In this document: in pieces, positions 28,392-38,299 of the stretch | Numbering within the stretch: the first letter of the stretch is position 1 | Layout: every line of letters begins with the position of its first letter | IMG/VR virus record: IMGVR_UViG_3300032516_000021 | Span: 1 to 62,202 of that record | Origin: a virus | Lineage: Duplodnaviria; Caudoviricetes | Reading direction: 5' to 3' (one strand) | DNA length: 62,202 nt | Translations under genes and position numbers: made by a program | The notes under the pieces: model-generated | What the model was told of the DNA's origin: nothing | Database searches by the model: none | Seen by the model: the letters and a program-made list of their open reading frames with translations, nothing else

Positions 28392-30061
28392 TAGGCGGCC
28401 TTGTGTTTCGACAGGAAATCTCGCAGCCTCTTGAGTATGCCGACAATGGCCGACTTCTGCACTTGCTCCTGTCGCTTGCCCTTCTCCTCGGCGGTAGCGG
28501 CATTTGTGTCTGGTGGCTCTTCCTCTTGCCCGAAACTGCCGAACATCGGGGGCGGCGCATAGGTAGACTTAAATTCGCCAAGCAGCATATTGCGCACGGA
28601 CTCATCGAGCTTCGGCGGCTCCTTGCCCATAAGTTCGGAGATCCAATCGACAGCATGACCGACCGGCACGACATCCTGCATTTGCGACATGGCGGTTATG
28701 ATATTCGCATCGTCTGCCGTGGGCGTGCCACGTGACTTCATCCGCCAACGCTGGACACCCATATCGGCAATGATGGTGCGGTTAATTTTTTCGTCGAATG
28801 CCGTGCGCTCGGGCTGGAATACCTGCTGCTCTGCCACGATCTTTGCCTCTATCGCGGCGGCGTGACTATACTCTTCTGCGGCGCCGATCAGTAGCGGAGG
28901 CAAGCGGTACGACTCACGAATAGCCTTGGCATTGCTCTTGATGTATTCCTGAAAGAGCGCGTCCTGCTGTAGAAACTCGGTCATCGGCTTGACGTCGATG
29001 CGGACTGCAGGAGCCTTCTCGTCACCTAGGGGACCGCCGCCGGTTCCAACAGCCTCAAGCAGTAAGACCTTGTGGAAATTATCCGAGCCTTTGAAATGTT
29101 GGTCGAGGTAATCGGCCAATTCCTTTTCCGAATTGCCATTTAACTCACCACCAGAAACCGTGATGATGAATGGCGGAATCGTCTTGTTGTCGAAGTACAG
29201 GTAGTTGACTTTCTTCGCTTCGGTGCTGCCCATGATATTCATCAGCTCAGACAGCCACGGCGGTTCACCATAAACGGAGTTCTGCACGTCATCCGCTAAG
29301 TGGATAATCTCTGTGGCTTCAGTCCCGACAGGCCAACGGGAGCCGTCCGTCGCATATTCGCCGGTAGTCTTGTTCAGCGACCGCGGATCGCCGAATTCCT
29401 TAAACCATACCTTCTGGTCATTGACCATTTGGAGGAAGCGGCGGAACTTCGTCAGTCGTTTGATCTGAATCCACTCGGCTCCATCACGCAACCACTGAAC
29501 GTGCTCTGTGAGCGTCGTCTGTCTCGCGGTGAGCCTGATCGTGTTTGACGGGACGTAGTGCAACTCGGCTATTTCATCGCCGATATTGCGGACTACCTCA
29601 AGATCGGCATAGCCGGTGAGGCACTTGTCCGCCCGCAAATTCATCTTGATGTTGACCCAGGAGTCGTGCGCGTTCGGGTAGTCGAAGAGCAATTGCAGCC
29701 GGCGGCGTTCAGCGTCATCGGCTGTACTCGGCTCGGCGTCCGGTTGTTCGACAGTCGGCACGAATTCCACCTGCCAACCCATGCCATCGATGTTCACCTT
29801 CATGGCCTTGACGCATTGCGCCATGACATCACAGTTGATCGTGAAGCGAGAGAGAATCGCCGGATTGTATAGCGGCTGAATCAGTTGGTTGGCGTCGTAT
29901 TGCGAAGAGAACTGATCGAGAGCATTCGACAAAGGCACCGAGCTTGAGACGGTAGACATCTTGGCGAAAGACTTAATGCGCAGATGAACCGCACCCTTGT
30001 CAGCGCCTTCATCGGCAAACTCAAAACGCCGTAAGCGGGTTTTGTTATGCAGTTCGGTCAT
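28391..30061 (-). CDS. Portal protein (PBSX-like)
   Basis: QPLYNP..L, WFKEFGDPR, ATEIIH, YGEPPW, YFDNKTIP, DALFQEY, YRLPPLLIG. Confidence 0.93.
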   Translation of the reverse strand: MTELHNKTRLRRFEFADEGADKGAVHLRIKSFAKMSTVSSSVPLSNALDQFSSQYDANQLIQPLYNPAILSRFTINCDVMAQCVKAMKVNIDGMGWQVEFVPTVEQPDAEPSTADDAERRRLQLLFDYPNAHDSWVNIKMNLRADKCLTGYADLEVVRNIGDEIAELHYVPSNTIRLTARQTTLTEHVQWLRDGAEWIQIKRLTKFRRFLQMVNDQKVWFKEFGDPRSLNKTTGEYATDGSRWPVGTEATEIIHLADDVQNSVYGEPPWLSELMNIMGSTEAKKVNYLYFDNKTIPPFIITVSGGELNGNSEKELADYLDQHFKGSDNFHKVLLLEAVGTGGGPLGDEKAPAVRIDVKPMTEFLQQDALFQEYIKSNAKAIRESYRLPPLLIGAAEEYSHAAAIEAKIVAEQQVFQPERTAFDEKINRTIIADMGVQRWRMKSRGTPTADDANIITAMSQMQDVVPVGHAVDWISELMGKEPPKLDESVRNMLLGEFKSTYAPPPMFGSFGQEEEPPDTNAATAEEKGKRQEQVQKSAIVGILKRLRDFLSKHKAA

Positions 30062-30194
30062 TCTTGAGTTCCTCTTTCATCGTCTCTTTGTCTTTGCATC
30101 TGGGGCAGGATGTCGGCTTCTGTTTCTCTACGGGAATGCTGGTGTTGCCAATCTTCTCATGGCAAATGGCACAGAATATCGGGTACTGTTTCAT
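30045..30194 (-). CDS. Small zinc-ribbon protein (49 aa)
   Basis: MKQYPIFCAICHEK...SCPRCK; lies between TerL and portal. Confidence 0.55.
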   Translation of the reverse strand: MKQYPIFCAICHEKIGNTSIPVEKQKPTSCPRCKDKETMKEELKNDRTA

Positions 30195-30208
30195 CCTGCC
30201 GGCTATCC

Positions 30209-31855
30209 TCAACCGCCCCTGGAATACAGCGTACCCGCCGCCCGTATTCTTGACTTTGGTTTGTTCCCATTGCCGTTTCCGTCTCCGCCGCCTCTCAGTG
30301 TTTTCAGCTTCTCCAGTACGTCGATATGTCGCCGGGCACCGAAGTAACCGATCCATAGCGCCGATAGTCGGTCATCATGCTTGGCCTCTTCTGGGTTGTA
30401 TAGTTCGGAACAGAGGCCATCGGTGATTTGCTTGTCTGATTCTGTTTTATAGGGTAAGCGAATTTGATTGTTTTCGAAGAGGACGGAGAGTGAGGGATAA
30501 CCCTCATAGGGGTCGAACTTGTTCCGTCCGGTATGGTGGGGCACCACTGGAATGCCGGTCTCAGTTTTCAGTTTCCAGTGGATGATTTCGCCGAAACTAT
30601 TTGTCTCGGTGAATTGGAACTTAGGATTGAATAGTCTCGCCTGACTGACATAGAGGTCGTGAATCTCTTGCGGCGACAGACCGCGCGTGCGAGTTAGTCC
30701 GATTAAGTCAAAGTGGTAGTTGGGGAGAATGCCGAGTGTGATGATGACCGTGTAATCAGTGTCGCGTCGTTCGGCGTCCTTGCGGTTCATCGTCAGCGCC
30801 GGGTCGGCGCCCTGCACGATCGCGATGTAGGTCCCCGGGTTGAAGACGCCATAGGACAGGTTTAAGTCTTTGCACTGGTCAAGCCACGCCTTCTTGATAA
30901 GCGCGTTTTCGTCGTCAACAACTTCGGCCTGGAATTCGCGGTTAAACGCGATTGATCCCATGCTCTGCCGCTTGATGAGCAACTTGACCATCGGCCATTG
31001 TTGCGGGCAGAGAACCTCGCCTTGATCGCCTTCACCAATAGAGACACGCCACTTGGTGTCCTTGCCCCATTCGTCTAACTCGAAAGTATCGAGTTCGGTG
31101 ACAATATAATTTTCCGGCTCCCTGATTAATGCCGGTGAGACGATGATCCTGTAGCCCGAATTCTTGAGGAAGTAGTTGTACAGATCATCGGGATGCTTGC
31201 GGTTACCGAGAATCCAAAGAACACCCCAAGGCTCTAAGCGCGTGAGTACCGAACCCTCGATGTACTCGACAGTCTTCTGTCGGACATCGGGACTGCGAAC
31301 CGTCTGGTCGTCAACTGGATCGTCGATGATAATCAGGTCAAAGCGCGATCCGATAATGGAACTGCCAACTCCAAAAGCTTCAAAGGTGGGGTCTTTCAGT
31401 CGGGCAGTCCGAATGACTGTGAAGGATGTTTCGCCCCAAGGTTGATTCTTAGATTTGAAGTGCCCGTAGTCAGCAATGAGCTTTGGGTTTTCCAAATCGT
31501 TGCGGAGTAGTGATACATTCTTCTTGGCAAGTCGCAAACTCGCCGACACACAGCCGATGCGGATATTGCGTGGTTGTATGTCTCCAATACCGTGGAGGAT
31601 TAGATCAAGGGGCTTGTAGCGGGCTACCAGTTCAGTCTTGCCAGCCCCGGGTTGACTGATGATGCCGCCCATGCTGATCTTGTCAAGGTCTGCCGACCAT
31701 GATTCTTGACATGGCCAGAGGTCGCGGTCCAGATAGCAATTGACAAGATATCGCAGTGATTTCTTTGATAGAAACCGTCTACCGGATGATGTGGAATTGC
31801 CGAGCTTGAGTAGAAATTCAACGGGAGGACCAACGTTAGGTTTTGCCACCGCCAT
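30209..31855 (-). CDS. Terminase large subunit
   Basis: Walker A QPGAGKT, GSRFDLIIIDDPVD, HPDDLY, FNREFQ, nuclease GADPA...DYT...HDDRLSAL. Confidence 0.96.
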   Translation of the reverse strand: MAVAKPNVGPPVEFLLKLGNSTSSGRRFLSKKSLRYLVNCYLDRDLWPCQESWSADLDKISMGGIISQPGAGKTELVARYKPLDLILHGIGDIQPRNIRIGCVSASLRLAKKNVSLLRNDLENPKLIADYGHFKSKNQPWGETSFTVIRTARLKDPTFEAFGVGSSIIGSRFDLIIIDDPVDDQTVRSPDVRQKTVEYIEGSVLTRLEPWGVLWILGNRKHPDDLYNYFLKNSGYRIIVSPALIREPENYIVTELDTFELDEWGKDTKWRVSIGEGDQGEVLCPQQWPMVKLLIKRQSMGSIAFNREFQAEVVDDENALIKKAWLDQCKDLNLSYGVFNPGTYIAIVQGADPALTMNRKDAERRDTDYTVIITLGILPNYHFDLIGLTRTRGLSPQEIHDLYVSQARLFNPKFQFTETNSFGEIIHWKLKTETGIPVVPHHTGRNKFDPYEGYPSLSVLFENNQIRLPYKTESDKQITDGLCSELYNPEEAKHDDRLSALWIGYFGARRHIDVLEKLKTLRGGGDGNGNGNKPKSRIRAAGTLYSRGG

Positions 31856-32330
31856 TTTCTTTCTTCAACTCAGCTACCGCAGCGGCAACCAACATCTTGG
31901 CAGTATCTTCAGTTAGCAGGTTTAGGATATCGGCGACCTTATCACTCTCTGGGGCTGTGGGGACATCAATCTCCACTTCCTTGAGCAATTCCCGCTTACC
32001 CTCGATCAGGTGCAGTAAGTTCGGGATTGTCGGTTCTATCTCGTTTTTCTTGAGTAGTTCCGCGAGACGCTTGATATGATGCTGTATGAAAACGTGGAGT
32101 GCATTAAGTTCGCTCGTCAATTTGAATGCTTGCCTGTCGTCCCCGGATTTCTGCGCCTTAACGAGAATTTCGTCCCGTCGCTTCCGCCAGCCGTCTTTTT
32201 TCATGTACTTCTTGCAGGTAACTGGAGAAACTCGACACTTGCGGGCGACTTCCAAGACAGATTGACAGTCGAACCATGCACGAAATAGTTTGTCGCGCTG
32301 TCCTGCGGACAACTCGCGTCCTGATGGCAT
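31836..32330 (-). CDS. Terminase small subunit (putative, N-terminal HTH)
   Basis: SVLEVARKCRVSPVTCKKYMKKDGW; directly upstream of TerL. Confidence 0.7.
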   Translation of the reverse strand: MPSGRELSAGQRDKLFRAWFDCQSVLEVARKCRVSPVTCKKYMKKDGWRKRRDEILVKAQKSGDDRQAFKLTSELNALHVFIQHHIKRLAELLKKNEIEPTIPNLLHLIEGKRELLKEVEIDVPTAPESDKVADILNLLTEDTAKMLVAAAVAELKKENGGGKT

Positions 32331-32798
32331 AAATCCTTTGGGTTACAAATTCAACGGCGCGGCAACCGGATGTCACCGCACCGTATCGGGAGGGTCAGTT
32401 TGCCTGCTAAGGCTCTATACCCTATGCAGTATTTTGCATTTTGAAGTCAAGCCGTTGTCCGCCAATAACTTTGTCCAATGACGGTCTTTTTGACCCTACG
32501 CCAATTGTGAAACTTCGCGCAAAAACGGGATTGTCACCCATGTTTGCCCACTTTCCTAAGTGATGATGCGGCAGGGGATTGCGGCGACTTAAAGTTTTAT
32601 TTCCGTCAGTTGTCCGATATTAGCGGACAACCTAATATGCGCCTCACGGCGTCCGCAAACATGATCCTGGCCCAGGGTTCCTGGAGCGTTTTTTTGAGCA
32701 AGGTGCAGTTCTCGCAATGTCGGCTAATACAACTATTGCAGTCGTCTTCGTGTTTCGGAGCGCAATCGAAATCATACCCTGCTTTCACTTCTCCTCCT

Positions 32799-33248
32799 CT
32801 ATTCGCATACTTGTCCGTCTTTCTCCTTTTTCTCCCCCTCATACCGATAATCCCACATAACCGCGAATGTACACCCTTCCTCAATGATGCCCAATTGAAA
32901 GAGTGGGAGAAGATATGTCGCTAAGACCATTTTGGTTGTGACGAGAAAGACAAAGTGTGGCGGCACACCGTCAATCGGGAATATGCCGTCTACTGCCGTC
33001 CATACGAGATTATGGCAGGGAGCCAATACCTCGGCCCCACTCACTCGCTCCTGGTAGAGCGCGATAAGGCACGGTTTTCCACCGCGCTCATACCCGTTCC
33101 CAATTGCGATCTCCTTGATATCTGTGACAGGAGCAGACGGTTGAATACGAGCATTCTCAGGGCAATCAATTCCTAATATAGCAGACCCAAGACAAGGGCC
33201 GTGATCCCGAAGTTCTGCAAATAGTTTTGACAATTTATCAGGGTTCAT
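32799..33248 (-). CDS. Hypothetical protein
   Basis: 149 aa with AGGGA RBS, co-oriented. Confidence 0.5.
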   Translation of the reverse strand: MNPDKLSKLFAELRDHGPCLGSAILGIDCPENARIQPSAPVTDIKEIAIGNGYERGGKPCLIALYQERVSGAEVLAPCHNLVWTAVDGIFPIDGVPPHFVFLVTTKMVLATYLLPLFQLGIIEEGCTFAVMWDYRYEGEKKEKDGQVCE

Positions 33249-33293
33249 AAATCCCTTTTTTACTTTTCTGACTTTGACCGATTTTATCAGTCG

Positions 33294-33503
33294 TCATAGT
33301 ACAATCTCCCAATCCCAAGCAAGCAAGTCGTCAATATGCAACAAACACTCACGGTTCAGAGGCGACCATAAATACCCTGAATCATCCAATTCTAATGGGT
33401 TCCTCGAATTAGGTCTCCTGACTGCAAGTCGGCAGAGATTCCCAGCCTCTCTGTCTTTTCTTAGTTGCTCAATCGCCCAAGTAAAGTTACGAATCTCCAT
33501 CAT
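33294..33503 (-). CDS. Small protein, possibly of the DUF2829/Tad2-like pattern
   Basis: NFTWAIEQLR....VRR.....DDLLAWDWEIV resembles the F..Al..l...V.R....D.LA.DW pattern. Confidence 0.45.
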   Translation of the reverse strand: MMEIRNFTWAIEQLRKDREAGNLCRLAVRRPNSRNPLELDDSGYLWSPLNRECLLHIDDLLAWDWEIVL

Positions 33504-33892
33504 GACCTCATTGCCGTCAATTCAACCCGCATCCAGCACCACGGATGCTGAACCACCGGCGAGTAACTGACCTGCTTGCCGGTTGATCCGAGATAGATCA
33601 ATATCTTTTCGCCGTAGTTCGCGCCTGTCTTCGCTGGAGCGTACCGATCGTCAGCATAGCAGGCGGAAAATCGCATCATGCCGGGGGCGAAGAAGACGCC
33701 CGCGCCGCAAACCGTTCCGTCTTCGGTCTTGAAAACAATCTCAGTGCCCGCGGGAACGAGCACGCCGTCAAGGGTTGCCTTTGCCGCAAAATAGTCGAAC
33801 CAAATCGGGCAGGGGATCACCCCATATTTCGCTTCAAGCGCCCGCTGAATCTCCGCCGCTGTCGGCGGCTTGGTTTCTGTCTTGGTTGCCAT
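33500..33892 (-). CDS. Hypothetical beta-sandwich protein
   Basis: ATLDGVLVPAGTEI..EDGTVCGAG...YADD..TGANYGEKI; coupled to its neighbours. Confidence 0.55.
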   Translation of the reverse strand: MATKTETKPPTAAEIQRALEAKYGVIPCPIWFDYFAAKATLDGVLVPAGTEIVFKTEDGTVCGAGVFFAPGMMRFSACYADDRYAPAKTGANYGEKILIYLGSTGKQVSYSPVVQHPWCWMRVELTAMRS

Positions 33893-34464
33893 TAGTTACT
33901 CCTTTGTTTGTGTGGATTTCTTGCCTGCTTGACATCCCGCTTTGGCGGTGTGCTGCCGAGCCGTTTGAAATTGTAGAGTGCGACGGCCGTTTCGACCAGC
34001 GCGCGCACTTCTTTGTCTCGTATTGATTCCGCCGCCTTGGCCGCGCATTCGACCTGAGCATCCAGTTCATCGCCTGTGTGGTCTGTGTCAGCGATCAGGC
34101 AGTTCCGGTCGTAGCCTTGGAATATCTGTGAAAGCAAATGGCCGTAGGGTCTGGCCAGCCCTGGCAACTGACGCCACAGTTCAGGGTCTTCCGCCTGTGC
34201 AAAATAGGCTACGTATATGCGCAGGATCGCCAACGTCCGTTCATATATCGCTTCGAAGCGCCTCTCCGAACCGGTACAGACATCGAATTTTTTCATCAGT
34301 TCGGTCGTGGGCAGTCCAATCTTAAACTTGTTGACGATCAACTCCCGCTCCTCTGGAGTCAGCCGCGCGAGTGCCAGCCTGACGGCGCGCTCAATCTCCG
34401 GTGAATGCACAAGCTCACGCCCGAGCGCGCTGACGATGTCGTTATTGTTAGACGAGTTCAACAT
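33892..34464 (-). CDS. Sigma-70 region 4-like transcription regulator
   Basis: RLALARLTPEERELIVNKF.IGLPTTELM. Confidence 0.55.
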   Translation of the reverse strand: MLNSSNNNDIVSALGRELVHSPEIERAVRLALARLTPEERELIVNKFKIGLPTTELMKKFDVCTGSERRFEAIYERTLAILRIYVAYFAQAEDPELWRQLPGLARPYGHLLSQIFQGYDRNCLIADTDHTGDELDAQVECAAKAAESIRDKEVRALVETAVALYNFKRLGSTPPKRDVKQARNPHKQRSN

Positions 34465-34981
34465 CACTCACACTTACCTTACATGGCGTCACCTGGTCAA
34501 AAAATGGAATCTCTACCACGATATCGTTGCCGCTGGTCCTGCCCGTGACCTGACCCAGTATGCCGCCGAGTTTGCCGGATGTTATCAGTACGATCTTGCC
34601 GACATAAGTCACCGCGAAGTCACCGGCATTGGCGCGGCACCGGCTCAGGGCGTTCATCTTTTCTACCGAAGCGCGGACTTCGCTGAGTTTCTCGTCGGTG
34701 ATGTTAGCGATCCAGTTGCCGAGGATCACGGGCGTCACCGAGACCTGGCCGATGTAGCGGATCAGTTGTATCGGGCTTAGTTCCACGTCCGTCTTCGGCA
34801 GTCTCATCGACACGAACAAGTAGTTCGGATATGCCGGTGTTGCCTGCCACTCTGTCCGACCACCGACATCCACCGGTTCATTGATCGTGGGGCAATAGCA
34901 ATCCACGGTCAGATTGCGGCGCGCAATCTGGTCGAATACCTGCTCGTACTTGCAGTGGTATGTTGTTAACAGCCAAGTCAC
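34448..34981 (-). CDS. NusG-family transcription antiterminator (NGN + KOW)
   Basis: MTWLLTTYHCKYE...YCPT...PAYPNYLFV...GKIVLITSGKLGGILGQV..IVVEIPFF. Confidence 0.85.
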   Translation of the reverse strand: MTWLLTTYHCKYEQVFDQIARRNLTVDCYCPTINEPVDVGGRTEWQATPAYPNYLFVSMRLPKTDVELSPIQLIRYIGQVSVTPVILGNWIANITDEKLSEVRASVEKMNALSRCRANAGDFAVTYVGKIVLITSGKLGGILGQVTGRTSGNDIVVEIPFFDQVTPCKVSVSDVELV

Positions 34982-35180
34982 GCGGGTACTCCGATTGTGG
35001 TTTCAAACATGGCCGCGCCTGATGACGATAAAGCAAAAGCGCATAGTACAGGATCGTCAACTATCGCGGATTTACCTTTTGTGAGTAGAATCTTTTTCAC
35101 GTCTTGTCCATTATCCTCATATCAAATTCCAGAGTTTATATCCCCGGTGGCCGTCCGTGGCTTGAATCCGATTCCTTTCA

Positions 35181-35684
35181 TCACCGGGGCTCCAATGTCA
35201 TTTGTTCTGCCGGTATCGATTCCACCCGGACTTCCGTCCAATCCTGCTGGTTGCCGTCACGGTTGTCGAACCGCGTGATATAGGGGTTGTCGTTTGTTAG
35301 ATTTTCTATGAACGGCAGAGCAACTGCATCCTTGTCATTCTTGAAAAAGATTCCCTGCAATGCGTCAAGAATTGCCTTGCAGATGTTATCCGCGTCGCAT
35401 ACTGAGCGGCCTTTCCAGTATTGCTTGCCGTCTTTGCGTTTGATCAGCGTGTGAGTACCAACGAGGAAGTGCAGGTATACGCGGGTTGTCGTGTGCAGTT
35501 CCGGTTGATTATAGCCGCACGCTGCCACTTTTGCCGCCAACTGAATCACTTTGCGTGAGTTGTCGTATTCTTTGTTGCGAAACGCTCGCATGACTTTCTT
35601 TTTCCTGTCATAGAACCTATCCGCCCGATGATGCCCACTAACGCGACCAATAACCGTGAAGGAGACGCTTTGCTTCTCTGTCAT
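35181..35684 (-). CDS. rusA: RusA-family Holliday junction resolvase
   Basis: DADNICKAILDALQGIFFKND. Confidence 0.85.
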   Translation of the reverse strand: MTEKQSVSFTVIGRVSGHHRADRFYDRKKKVMRAFRNKEYDNSRKVIQLAAKVAACGYNQPELHTTTRVYLHFLVGTHTLIKRKDGKQYWKGRSVCDADNICKAILDALQGIFFKNDKDAVALPFIENLTNDNPYITRFDNRDGNQQDWTEVRVESIPAEQMTLEPR

Positions 35685-35702
35685 GGATTTCTCCTACTAT
35701 CC

Positions 35703-35990
35703 TTATCCCTCCGGTCTCGCCCCGGGGTTCCTTCCTATCGCATTTTGGTTGATGAAGTCGGCGGCAATTTGCAGATCAAATCCTAATCCCTTGCCGAGCA
35801 AATGTGGGTGACTTGGAAACACAACGTCCTCAATCACCTTCACCGGTAATACCACGTCGATGGTGCGCACGGGGTCAAGGTGTTTGTGGATCGTATGTCT
35901 CAAAGCGATTCTATCTGACGATCCATTATCAAAAGGAATCCAATCCTTCACTATCGCCTCAATCACTTCGTTGAACAAGTTCATATTCAC
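35703..35990 (-). CDS. Hypothetical protein
   Basis: Coupled small ORF with GGAGGAG RBS. Confidence 0.55.
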   Translation of the reverse strand: MNMNLFNEVIEAIVKDWIPFDNGSSDRIALRHTIHKHLDPVRTIDVVLPVKVIEDVVFPSHPHLLGKGLGFDLQIAADFINQNAIGRNPGARPEG

Positions 35991-36358
35991 TTCTCCTCCA
36001 AATCCTCGTAGAGGTCGTCGATCTCTGTAATCTTACCCTCTGAATACATTTGATACCAATTGCCAGTATCCATGTTCAAGATGTCGAAGATGAATCTATC
36101 AGGCCAATTTTTCCGGTCTCGCCATTCCATGATTGCATCAAGCGACAAGAACCTCCCAACGATATTGCTATGCGCTCGGGCAAAGTAATAATATCGTTCC
36201 TCCCTACTCCCGATCTTTATATCCCAAGCAAAGACCAAGAATCGCTTCCCGATCGCCATGCCCAGAGTCGCGGGATCGAGATACCCCCGATGAAGCCAGT
36301 GAAAGAAGATTTCCAGCTTTCGGAATTCATCCTCGCTTACGATCTCATCAGAAGACAA
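35987..36358 (-). CDS. Hypothetical protein
   Basis: 123-aa co-oriented ORF. Confidence 0.5.
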   Translation of the reverse strand: MSSDEIVSEDEFRKLEIFFHWLHRGYLDPATLGMAIGKRFLVFAWDIKIGSREERYYYFARAHSNIVGRFLSLDAIMEWRDRKNWPDRFIFDILNMDTGNWYQMYSEGKITEIDDLYEDLEEK

Positions 36359-36456
36359 CCAATCGCCACAAACTTTACCCTCTAATTCTTCGTTCTGAGA
36401 CGCGGGATTTTCTGTTCTGCGATATAGGACTCTCGCTCTAAACTTCGGTATCTCAC

Positions 36457-36723
36457 TCAGGGCTGGCCTCCTTTAAGGGCATGGTAAGCATGTAAAATTG
36501 TTAAGGGGCAGTCTTGTTCAAGATCGTTGATCGCTCTGAACAATTCCCCCAAGTTCTCCGGGTGCTCCAGTCCGGCGCAAGCGTTGACGCGGGTGGCGAT
36601 CATCTCCAATAAGTCTCCCTCAGCATCGTCTAATACGACGTTCCCGTCAGCATCAAAAAGCAAGAAATACAACTCTTCTGGTTCAACAATCCACGGCGTC
36701 GGGTGCTTCTCGATTAGGGTCAT
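36457..36723 (-). CDS. Hypothetical protein
   Basis: KHPTPW...IATRVNACAG pattern common in phage early ORFs; ATGA overlap. Confidence 0.6.
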   Translation of the reverse strand: MTLIEKHPTPWIVEPEELYFLLFDADGNVVLDDAEGDLLEMIATRVNACAGLEHPENLGELFRAINDLEQDCPLTILHAYHALKGGQP

Positions 36724-36917
36724 AGCAACCTTTCCTGCCGATTCTCTTTCGGCTTTCTGAATTCCTTTGCGGGCACGCAATCGAACCAGTGCGGTTCCTT
36801 CGTGGCAAAGTTCACTGGCATCATCTTCCCGCTCGGATGGGCGTAAAAGTAGATCATGGCGTCGCACTCCTTGCACTTGCGGACAGGTTCACCGGAGTAG
36901 GGGTAGATGGTCTTCAT
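36720..36917 (-). CDS. Small Zn-binding protein
   Basis: CKECDAMI...GKMMPV...PHWFDC; GGAGG RBS. Confidence 0.65.
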   Translation of the reverse strand: MKTIYPYSGEPVRKCKECDAMIYFYAHPSGKMMPVNFATKEPHWFDCVPAKEFRKPKENRQERLL

Positions 36918-38299
36918 GCTTGCGTCCTCCACGGCTGTGTAATGTTCTCAAATCGCACCATGTTTTCGTGCCAATATGTCTTGGCCATGCCGGTAGGCCC
37001 CGAATTCTGTTTCCGCACGTAGATATGCGCCTCATCCGGCGGATAGGTGATCTTGCCCTTGTCGTCGATAAAGACTTTGTATGGATGCCATAACATGATA
37101 ACCCAGCGCGCATCCTGCTCAAGTGAACCGCTGTCACGTAGGTCATAGAGTTCCGGCGCCCGCTGATTCTTGACGGAGTCACGGCTGAGTTGTGAGCAGA
37201 CGACAACTGGAACATGCAACTGCCCGGCCATGAGCGATAGTTGCCGCGATATCTCGGAGAGGCGCGCATTCGCATTGTCATACCCCTTACCGACAACTTC
37301 CATGAGTTGGACGTAGTCAACTACGATCAGTCCGATATTATGCTGCTTGACCAACTGCGTAGCCCGTCGCTTCACCTCGTGCGGTGTTGGATTATCGACA
37401 ATGTTTTCAAAGTGGATCAGGCCGTCCTGCAAACGCGAGACGCTTTCGATCACTTGTCGATATTGGTGATCGGACAAATCGCCAGTCCGGATATTCCAGT
37501 GGGGAATCCCCGTCTCCCAACAGAGCATCGTTTGAAACGCTTGCGCGGGATCTTCGGTAAGAAAGAAAGCTGACGATACGCCATTGTCGCTCATGCGTCG
37601 ACAGAGTTGTAAGGCCAACGTCGTCTTGCCCTCACCTGGGCGACCGGCGAGTAGACCGACCTTGTCGCGCTCAAGGCGGAATAGAATCCTATCCAAGTCC
37701 GTCAGCCCGAAGCGTACCCAAGTTTTCATGACCTCCGGGTGCTCGTGCGAATCCATAAGTTCGTCAAGTCCGGTGATGAAGTTGACTCCCATTTCGGTCA
37801 TAGCCTGTGCGTCAGCGCGGTGATGTAGGTTCGATAATTTGAGAGTGCTTGAGTCGATGTACTGCAAGATATCATCGGCTTCGTCCTGTTGCGCGCAAGC
37901 CTTCGAATAAACCTGCTGTCCCAATTTCGACAACTTTCGCAGTAGTGATTTCTCGTGGATGATTTTGGCGTATTGTTCAGAACTTGCGGCGGAGTAAACA
38001 TCGTCAGTCAAGCCAATCACGAACCCGGAGCCGCCGAGTTTATCAAGATGACCATCACGCTTGAGCCTATCGGCAACCGTGACTATGTCAGCGGGGGAAT
38101 TTTCTGATACCAGAGAAACGATTGCCGTATACACTGGCCCGTGCTTAGGATTATAGAAATCTCCGGCAGTAATCTTGTCAGCCACACGGTCAACGTATTC
38201 GTTATTAATCAGCAACCCGCCAAGTAATGCGACCTCGGCGGCCAAGTCACACGGTTGCTTTGGCGCTGATTGATTTTCTGGCGTTGTGACACCATTCAT
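36914..38299 (-). CDS. dnaB: Replicative DNA helicase DnaB-like
   Basis: AEVALLGGLLI..DFYNPKH, AGRPGEGKTT, IVVDYVQLM, SQLSR..RAPELYDLRDSGSLEQDA, KQNSGPTG. Confidence 0.96.
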   Translation of the reverse strand: MNGVTTPENQSAPKQPCDLAAEVALLGGLLINNEYVDRVADKITAGDFYNPKHGPVYTAIVSLVSENSPADIVTVADRLKRDGHLDKLGGSGFVIGLTDDVYSAASSEQYAKIIHEKSLLRKLSKLGQQVYSKACAQQDEADDILQYIDSSTLKLSNLHHRADAQAMTEMGVNFITGLDELMDSHEHPEVMKTWVRFGLTDLDRILFRLERDKVGLLAGRPGEGKTTLALQLCRRMSDNGVSSAFFLTEDPAQAFQTMLCWETGIPHWNIRTGDLSDHQYRQVIESVSRLQDGLIHFENIVDNPTPHEVKRRATQLVKQHNIGLIVVDYVQLMEVVGKGYDNANARLSEISRQLSLMAGQLHVPVVVCSQLSRDSVKNQRAPELYDLRDSGSLEQDARWVIMLWHPYKVFIDDKGKITYPPDEAHIYVRKQNSGPTGMAKTYWHENMVRFENITQPWRTQA

